DNA of 64,000 nt from positions 417,245 through 481,244 of the forward strand of contig CAWCZR010000009.1 in the NCBI GenBank assembly GCA_963800135.1, written 5' to 3'. Made by a program: the position numbers and the translations under genes. Of this stretch, positions 49,801-56,170 are shown one piece after another. The notes beneath the pieces are model-generated. The model saw only the letters and a list, made by a program, of their open reading frames with translations, searched no databases and was not told where the DNA came from. Within the stretch, counting starts at the first letter, position 1. Every line of letters begins with the position of its first letter. Source of the stretch: an uncultured Planctomycetaceae bacterium (lineage in GTDB: Bacteria; Planctomycetota; Planctomycetia; Planctomycetales; Planctomycetaceae).

Positions 49801-50556
49801 TTACGCGGCGCGGCTCATTTCCAGAACGGCCGGCGTCTTGCGGCAGGCGTCGACGAATTGCTCGAAGACCTGCATGTCGAGGGCCGAGGCCGATTCGTTC
49901 TCCGGGTGCCATTGCACGCCGACGCACCACCACTCTTCGTCCTCGGTCTCGTACGCTTCGATCACGCCGTCCGGCGACTTCGCACAGGCGCGGAACGGCT
50001 CGGCCACCTGGTCGACGCACATGTGGTGCTGGCTGTTGACGCGAATTTCACCGGGGCCATAGATCGAGTCCATCCGGGTGCCCGGCACGATTTCGATGAT
50101 GTGCCGCAAGGTCGACTCGACCGGATCGCGGTGGTGCAGCGGCTTTTGGAATTCTTCCGGAATATGCTGGTGCAGCGTGCCGCCGCAAACGACGTTCATT
50201 TCCTGCATGCCGATGCCGATCGCCAGCGTGGGAATCTGCATCTCGTAGGCCAGCTTGCAGAGGCGGCGATCGAAATCCTCGCGTCGCAGGGGCATCGTGC
50301 GCGTGGCTGGGTGCCGCTCAAGGCCGAGCCGCACCGGATCCATGTCGAGCGGGCAGCCGCAGAGGACCAGGCCGTCGAGCATCTTGAGGAACTGCTTGAG
50401 GTCGCGATCTTCGGCCAAGGGGGGCACGAGCGCGGGCAAGCCGCCGGCCGCGCTGACCGAATCGTAATAGCCGGTGTTGAACCAGCTCAGCGGCAGGACC
50501 TCTTTTTTCGCAGCCCGAAATTCGCCGTTAATTCCGATGACGGGTTTGAACGACAT
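49801..50556 (-). CDS. Class I glutamine amidotransferase-like protein (peptidase C26 / gamma-glutamyl-GABA hydrolase family) lacking the nucleophile Cys
   Basis: ATG 50556 is preceded by AAGGAGGG. Family features are PVIGING.., VNSQHH and GVQWHPE. The nucleophile elbow reads LAIGIGMQ where G-I-C-R-G-M-Q is expected. Confidence 0.75.
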   Translation of the reverse strand: MSFKPVIGINGEFRAAKKEVLPLSWFNTGYYDSVSAAGGLPALVPPLAEDRDLKQFLKMLDGLVLCGCPLDMDPVRLGLERHPATRTMPLRREDFDRRLCKLAYEMQIPTLAIGIGMQEMNVVCGGTLHQHIPEEFQKPLHHRDPVESTLRHIIEIVPGTRMDSIYGPGEIRVNSQHHMCVDQVAEPFRACAKSPDGVIEAYETEDEEWWCVGVQWHPENESASALDMQVFEQFVDACRKTPAVLEMSRAA

Positions 50557-51011
50557 ACGAATCCCTCCTTGGAAACGACACATCTTGTTAGAAGCGGGTC
50601 GACCGCGCACACGCCGTGCGGGCCCAAAGCAGGGCAGAACCCCCAATCGCCTTCAATGGGAAGCAGGGGCCGGCCTCAAGCGGAACGCAGCCGCAGCGCG
50701 CGTCTTGCACGGGTTGCGGCGGCGCGGGAAATCGTGTGCAGGAAGAACGAGCGGTGCCGAAAGCGCCGGGCTGCCGCGTATGCACAACGAATCCCTTCGT
50801 TCAAGAGCAAGCAGAATCGATCCATCGATTCGCTTCGGAGAGGCGGAACTTAGTTAGCGTCAAGACGAATGTCAAACAAATCGCCGATTTTGTGTACGGA
50901 ATTTTATGGAGACACAATTGATTGTGGGTTTGGCGGGTTTGGCGGGCGCGCCCTAGAGTGACGGGCCGGAACAAAAGGATCCCAAACCCGAAGTGCCATG
51001 GGGAGGCGCGA

Positions 51012-51308
51012 ATGAAAGTTGCCGCAGTGAGGACTGTGATTTTGTTATCGGTGCTTCTGGTGCTGGCGGGCTGCTCCCAAAGGCCGTCGGGAGGTGATCG
51101 ACAAAAACGCTACGATGAACTTTGTGTCGCTGTCGAGCGCGCGGAGGACAAACAGGCTGATCTGCAGCGCCAAGCCGCTTCATATGGCCGTCCGAAGTCG
51201 GATGCCGAATACAAGGAACGGCACGCCGAGGAGCAGAAGCAGGGACAACTGGTACTTCGGCTCCGCAAGGAGCGGGACGAGGCCAAGGCCGCACTTGACG
51301 CACTGTAG
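51012..51308 (+). CDS. Small lipoprotein with coiled-coil region
   Basis: GGGAGG lies upstream of ATG 51012. Sequence is MKVAAVRTVILLSVLLVLAGCSQ (lipobox LAGC) followed by a charged helical segment. Confidence 0.55.
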   Translation: MKVAAVRTVILLSVLLVLAGCSQRPSGGDRQKRYDELCVAVERAEDKQADLQRQAASYGRPKSDAEYKERHAEEQKQGQLVLRLRKERDEAKAALDAL

Positions 51309-51390
51309 TCGGTCACAAAGCCGGCAGCGACACGAAGTCCAATGACGGCAGTTGTATTCTCTTCAAGCCACCTTGTCTTCGGTTCGTCGC

Positions 51391-51711
51391 TCATACAGTC
51401 ATCTCGTGATTGGTTGCGGCGTGCGAGTGGTCGGGCACATTGCTCTCGTCCAGCGCGGGCCCTTCTGGGCGTCTGTATCGAGCGAAGAACCAAAACCAGA
51501 ACGCTGAGGCCGGAGCGCAAACGGATATGATCCGATCCCAATCGATGTAGGGCCATTTAGCCGATGGAGGCAATGACCCGACACGATACTGGAAAATCCC
51601 AGACGCCACGGTGATAACCAGGAGCAGCAGCATGGATGTTCCCAGAAATCCCCGAATCCAATCCCAGCGGGCCAACTCCCGCTGAATGCAGCTGGACGTG
51701 ATCCGTCTCAT
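51391..51711 (-). CDS. Small membrane protein (106 aa, 2 TM)
   Basis: Basic N-terminus ..RELARWDWIRGF, then TM spans MLLLLVITVASGIF and SVCAPASAFWFWFF. It is preceded by AGGATGACGGC. Confidence 0.45.
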   Translation of the reverse strand: MRRITSSCIQRELARWDWIRGFLGTSMLLLLVITVASGIFQYRVGSLPPSAKWPYIDWDRIISVCAPASAFWFWFFARYRRPEGPALDESNVPDHSHAATNHEMTV

Positions 51712-51745
51712 GCCGTCATCCTATCCGCCCAGAAAGTCCGGGGAT

Positions 51746-51862
51746 TTACTGGAACCACCTAGCGACGTGAGCAATCGCAGAGAGGGCGATCGCAGTGACC
51801 AAGCACCAGAAGAACAGGCGCATCCATCGGGCTCGGGACTTCCGCTTGGCGTCCTCGCTCAT
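51746..51862 (-). CDS. 38-aa single-TM peptide (not in ORF track)
   Basis: MSEDAKRKSRARWMRLFFWCLVTAIALSAIAHVARWFQ. It is preceded by GGAATGACGGC and was read manually from the minus strand. Confidence 0.35.
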   Translation of the reverse strand: MSEDAKRKSRARWMRLFFWCLVTAIALSAIAHVARWFQ

Positions 51863-51910
51863 GCCGTCATTCCGGGTTGGTCGGTAATGGGTGCGAGTTG
51901 TGTTGCTGAA

Positions 51911-52290
51911 TCAGGCATTCCAAGTTTCGTAGAATCGCTGTGCCTCTCCCGTCAAATGGAGTTGAAAAGCACGGCAGAAGCGCTCGCCTGCCATATTCTG
52001 CAGAAAGCACGTGCAGACCGCCGTGCTCAATTCCTCATTCGACGATTCGGCACACTCCGACACGAACGCCCCGAGTTCGGCAATGCGATGAACCGGAAAC
52101 TGTTCGTTCGTCTCTGAGAAAAAGAAGCCGAACTCCATGAAAGCGCCCAGTAGGTAAATGAACCGTCATCGTTCCGAGCGAGGTTATCGGCGCTCCGCCA
52201 GTGCCCATCGAATTCCGGAAAGATCCCGATGAGCTGCGTGAGCAAGAATTGCGGGTCTTCCGACCGTTTCCCGTCCGGCTCGTCGGTCAT
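51911..52290 (-). CDS. Small all-helical protein resembling orphan immunity/DUF proteins, with one apparent -1 frame break
   Basis: MTDEPDGKRSEDPQFLLTQLIGIFPEFDGHWRS..SFTYWAL is the frame of ORF 52027-52290. It continues as FMEFGFFFSE..VCTCFLQNMAGE..AQRFYETWNA in the frame of ORF 51911-52138. The junction is at about 52139-52146. Confidence 0.45.
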
Positions 52291-52360
52291 CGGCTCGCTC
52301 CACTCAATCAGACCGCGGCGAGTCGAGGGGCCGACGGGCTCTCAAATGGGAGGGTTTGCC

Positions 52361-52567
52361 TCAAAAGTCGGCCGGTCCCATTGGCTCGACGAAGAAGGTC
52401 AGGTCGAAGTGCTGGTACACCTCCGGCAATTGGGCGATCGCGACCCGCGCGTCTGCGGCGGTTCGGAAGACGGCCGCGCCGTCGTGATTGGTAAGAGTCC
52501 GCACTCCAGCTGCATTTGTGGTGCTTAGCCAGAGCGCGGCTTTGGTCAGCTTGGCGATGAATGGCAT
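52361..52567 (-). CDS. Small hypothetical protein (68 aa)
   Basis: Start at ATG 52567 (MPFIAKLTKAALWLSTTNAAGVRTL...). TACAAT lies 7 nt upstream of the ATG. Confidence 0.35.
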   Translation of the reverse strand: MPFIAKLTKAALWLSTTNAAGVRTLTNHDGAAVFRTAADARVAIAQLPEVYQHFDLTFFVEPMGPADF

Positions 52568-52663
52568 GTCGCGATTGTACCGGGAGCGGGGTGGACCCTG
52601 AACGATTAATGCGTGACCAGGTCGAGCGGGCTTTGCACAGAAAGTCACTCTGGGCGGTTCGCT

Positions 52664-52768
52664 TCAAGAGCTGGGCAGGAGGTACAGCGCGAGGACTGTT
52701 AGCGCAATCGCTGCAGACAGGACGGACCAGGTGATCCACGCTCGCGGCGTCTTCGGTTCGTTGTTCAT
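52664..52768 (-). CDS. 34-aa single-TM peptide (not in ORF track)
   Basis: MNNEPKTPRAWITWSVLSAAIALTVLALYLLPSS. It is preceded by AGGATGGCGGC and was read manually. Confidence 0.35.
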   Translation of the reverse strand: MNNEPKTPRAWITWSVLSAAIALTVLALYLLPSS

Positions 52769-52946
52769 GCCGCCATCCTAGCAGGTCAGCCGTCGCCGTG
52801 CGGTCGTTGGGACCGGCTGTCTGGCTGTCCAACCGCCTTGACGACGAGGCGGTTCCGCGCGCGTCACAGCTGTTACGTCCGCTGCGCTCTGGCGAGCAGC
52901 GTCTTGCCGCACAAGATTCGATTGGCTTGTCGAGAGGCGTCGCCGG

Positions 52947-53411
52947 TCAATCTTTGGCCGTCAGCATGCCGATCAGGAAGGCGGCCGGGGCGAGCACGAA
53001 CATCACCAAAAACATGATGTCCGCGGCGGCCGCGGGTTTCAGTACGTGCAGGAAGCGGGGAAACGCGAACCGGCCGAGCAAGAGCACGGTCGGCGGGCCG
53101 AGAAAGAACGGGAGGCCGAACGCGCAGCCCCGTCTGAGCGCGCCGGGCCAGCCGCCGAGCGCCGGCTTGTCGGGGGCGCCGGCCAAGCGAAACTGCGGTT
53201 CTTCCTCCTCGCGCGTTCGCGGCGCCGATTCGAGCGCGGCGAGCTTGAGCAGGTTGTCATAGTACTCGGCCAGATCGCGCGACTGGGCGAGTGCGTCCTG
53301 CGCTTGCTTCAAGGCCTCGGGCCGATTGCGAGCTGCGGGCCGATTTAAAGCTTCGGGCCCGGAGTCTCCGGGATCTGAGGGCGCGGGGCCTGGCGGGCCG
53401 CTTTCAATCAT
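52947..53411 (-). CDS. Membrane protein (154 aa): Pro-rich/helical N-terminus and 2 C-terminal TM
   Basis: MIESGPPGPAPSDPG...AEYYDNLLKLAALES... followed by FGLPFFLGPPTVLLLGRFAF and IMFLVMFVLAPAAFLIGML. Confidence 0.45.
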   Translation of the reverse strand: MIESGPPGPAPSDPGDSGPEALNRPAARNRPEALKQAQDALAQSRDLAEYYDNLLKLAALESAPRTREEEEPQFRLAGAPDKPALGGWPGALRRGCAFGLPFFLGPPTVLLLGRFAFPRFLHVLKPAAAADIMFLVMFVLAPAAFLIGMLTAKD

Positions 53412-53761
53412 GCCGACAGTTTAACGTCGGCGCAAGCCGCGCAGTGCGCGACGCGAGCCGGGACGTTGGCAGGCAGTCACGACACAGCAGGGCAACAGAC
53501 GGTGGCAACAGACGACTTGCGTGCGCGGCTCTTTAGGAAAGAAAGGCACCGCTCACTTCGGCCCTAGCGACTCTTGCTCATTGCCGATCTGGCGATGATC
53601 ATCAACGGGAACGCTGATTGGTGGACGTGGACCCGCGTCGTCCTCGAATCCCGGTGAGACGCGCGACGCCGGCTAAAAAGGCCAAGCCGAGATCCGAGAC
53701 GAACGCGCCCACACGAGTCACAAATCCTGCCGCGATCCCGCGACCGCCTGCGCTGACGGCG

Positions 53762-54343
53762 ATGGCCACGGCCGCCTTAACGCTAATGCTGCTGGCTGCT
53801 TTGCATGTTTTGAGCCCGGAATTCGATCCGTCGCGGCGCGTCGTGAGCGAATACGCCAACGGCCGCTATGGCTGGGTGCTGTCGCTGATGTTTGCATCGT
53901 GGGCCGTCAGCTCCTGGAGTCTCGCAGTCGCCCTCTGGTCTCAACTGAACGGGATCGGCGGGAAGGTTGCGCTCAGCTTTCTGGTTGCGGCCGGTGTTGG
54001 CGAGGGAATGGCTTCGTTCTGCGACATCAACCACCCCTGGCACAATTTGGCAGGGATGATCGGCGTGTTAAGCCTGCCGATCGCGGCGATGGGAATCAGC
54101 CTCGATTTGGCCGGGGTCGACGAGTGGATGCGAGCCAAACGCGTGCTGCTTGTGACGGCCAACCTGACGTGGCTGAGCCTATTGCTCATGGTCGTCGCGC
54201 TATTCGCTCTGGTGACTCGCCGCCGAATTACCCCACCCGGAATCGAGATGATCGGGTGGACAAATCGGGCCTTGGTCGTCGCTTATTGCGTGTGGGTGAC
54301 GACGCTCGCGCGGCAGGCTCTCAAGCTGCGGCAGGCGCACTGA
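53762..54343 (+). CDS. DUF998-family membrane protein
   Basis: LLAALHVLSPEFDPSRRVVSEYANGRYGWVLSLMFASWAVSSWSLAVALW is typical of DUF998. The ORF is open from GTG 53618, so a longer basic N-terminus is possible. Confidence 0.65.
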   Translation: MATAALTLMLLAALHVLSPEFDPSRRVVSEYANGRYGWVLSLMFASWAVSSWSLAVALWSQLNGIGGKVALSFLVAAGVGEGMASFCDINHPWHNLAGMIGVLSLPIAAMGISLDLAGVDEWMRAKRVLLVTANLTWLSLLLMVVALFALVTRRRITPPGIEMIGWTNRALVVAYCVWVTTLARQALKLRQAH

Positions 54344-54377
54344 GATTTTGAATGCGAATCAAGAAAGGGGAAACCGT

Positions 54378-55346
54378 TTACTTCGTGCGCGGCTCTTCCG
54401 GAGTGGGCGGGTCGTGGGCGAATTCCCAGCGGATGCCTTCGCCCTTGCCGTCGCCGAGGAAGCGGATCAGCGCGTGCTTCTGGTTGCGGTTGAGCGAGTT
54501 GATCGTGTCGTGCAGACGCCGCTTGGAATCCTGGTTGAGCTGCGGAGCCAACGGGTCGTCGATCCGCGGCACCCAGCCCTCTTCCTGGAAGGCGGCAAGG
54601 ATGGCTTCCTGGTTGGCGGCCGGCACCTTGAATTCTTTGACGATCATCCGGCCGACGCGGAGCTGCTGCCGATCGGAATCCCAGGTCGGCGTGAGCGTGG
54701 CGACATGGCCGTTCGATTCGGGAGCCGGACGGCGGCGATTGACCGCGGTCGAATCGCGCGAGTCGCTGGCGCGGCGGCGCGGCGTCGAGCGCAAGAGCGC
54801 GTTCGCGTAGGCCACGCCTCGCTCGGCGATCACGAAGCACGTTCGCTTCGAGAGCGCCAGGTTGGCGTAGTTCTGAAAAGAGCGACGGTCGCTGTCGGCT
54901 GCCGTCACTTCGCGAGCGTGGCGGGCCAGGCCTTTGGCGACGAGCCAGCGGCATTCGTTGGTGGTGAGCCCCGCGCGTCGTAGCGCCGAGAGCTCAACCG
55001 AGAATTGCCAGATGTCGGCGCCCACGTCCTGGGCGCAGGCGGCGGCATCGGCCAAGAGTTGCAGCGCTTCGCGAATTCGCGGTGTAAAGCGCGGAATCAC
55101 GATTTCCGTTGCTTCCGGGACGACGGGCGCTTGTGCAGTCGTCGGTTCGTCGACGTGCTTGCCACGTGTGATCGAAGGCGGCGCAATGCCAGTGGCTGTG
55201 ATGCCCGACGGTGCGAGCGTGGTCGCAACGGGCATCGGTTCGAGTACGAGACCAGCGGTCGGTGATGCAGGCATAGTGGTGGAATTCTGAGTAGGTGGGA
55301 TCGTTCTGGCAGGAGCTGGGCTCGGCGCGCCGGTAGCGTGCTCCAT
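54378..55346 (-). CDS. Hypothetical protein (322 aa), possibly DNA-binding
   Basis: Coding-like composition with a Pro/Thr/Ala-rich N-terminus and two globular segments (..ECRWLVAKGLARH.. and ..ILAAFQEEGWVPRIDDPL..RRLHDTINSLNRNQ..IRFLGDGKGEGIRWEF). The function call is a guess. Confidence 0.5.
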   Translation of the reverse strand: MEHATGAPSPAPARTIPPTQNSTTMPASPTAGLVLEPMPVATTLAPSGITATGIAPPSITRGKHVDEPTTAQAPVVPEATEIVIPRFTPRIREALQLLADAAACAQDVGADIWQFSVELSALRRAGLTTNECRWLVAKGLARHAREVTAADSDRRSFQNYANLALSKRTCFVIAERGVAYANALLRSTPRRRASDSRDSTAVNRRRPAPESNGHVATLTPTWDSDRQQLRVGRMIVKEFKVPAANQEAILAAFQEEGWVPRIDDPLAPQLNQDSKRRLHDTINSLNRNQKHALIRFLGDGKGEGIRWEFAHDPPTPEEPRTK

Positions 55347-55957
55347 GAGATGTACCTCCCGGTCTTGTTCCTGTCACCCGCGTTTCGGCACCGCGTCCCG
55401 CGGCTCACCGACGAGCGACAAAGAACCTGTGGCAATCCAACTGCGACTGGGGGGGACGAGAAGCCGTTCTCGGAGCACGCGGATGGAAGTCGAATCAGTT
55501 CGGGTTGCCGCGAGGCGCGAGCAACACAAATCCATCCAACAGGCCTGGAAATCCCATTCCACGTCCGAAGCGCTTAGCAGTTGTCGCCCTCCGCGCGGCC
55601 CCATTCGGAAGCAGCCGCCATTGTTGCGACATCTAGGTGCTTAACTGAGCGCTAAGCGCGACCCGCTGCCGATAAATTACCCCTAGATTGCCCGTTAATC
55701 AACACTCAATCTCCGCAAATTGCGCCGACGTCAAAGTTAAACAGCGCGAACGAAGGGAAGGTGTCGGCCGTAAGGTAGATTCCGCGCGCGAAATTGGTGT
55801 TTGATCGCGGCAAGCCGGCCCGCGGAATGGCTGATACGCGTACCATCCCGCAGTGAAGCCCTGGTTTGTGCGCGACCATGTTGGGCTTTCACTCAGGTCG
55901 CGCCCGCCGTCGCGTCCGGAGTTGGGCCCCTAGTTGCGCAGTGCGCCTCAAAGCGTC

Positions 55958-55981
55958 CCCGCAAGTCAGCGGGTCTTTTTT
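55958..55981 (+). terminator. Candidate intrinsic terminator in a long non-coding region
   Basis: CCCGC-aagtca-GCGGG is followed by TCTTTTTT. A T6 run is rare in this GC-rich sequence, but the stem is short (5 bp). Confidence 0.35.
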
Positions 55982-56170
55982 ACGCCCGTCGACTCTGACG
56001 CTTGCGGGCTCTTTGACAATCACCGCGTCCTTCAGGTTGCGGTTGATCCGAATGGCGCGATTGTGTCGCGGCGCAACGTGCGGGTCGCAACGGTTGTAGT
56101 TGAATCGCTGAACCCCTCCCCTGGCGGGGTCGATCATACAAGCACACGCCGCACTTTGGGAAAATCCGTT

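Noticed and set aside
51732-51743. GAAAGTCCGGGG resembles the RNase P RNA CR-I box (GAGGAAAGUCCGGGC).
   Set aside because: No other conserved RNase P blocks or P4 partner lie nearby, and the match sits in the short spacer between two small ORFs.
52769-52946. Integron-cassette (attC) interpretation of the small-ORF island. GTTGGAC, GTTAAAC and ACGTAAC core-like heptamers were noted near ORF boundaries.
   Set aside because: The only hairpin formed (AACCGCC-10nt-GGCGGTT) is far too short. The R''/R' boxes do not pair, there are no L boxes or extrahelical-base architecture, and there is no intI gene.
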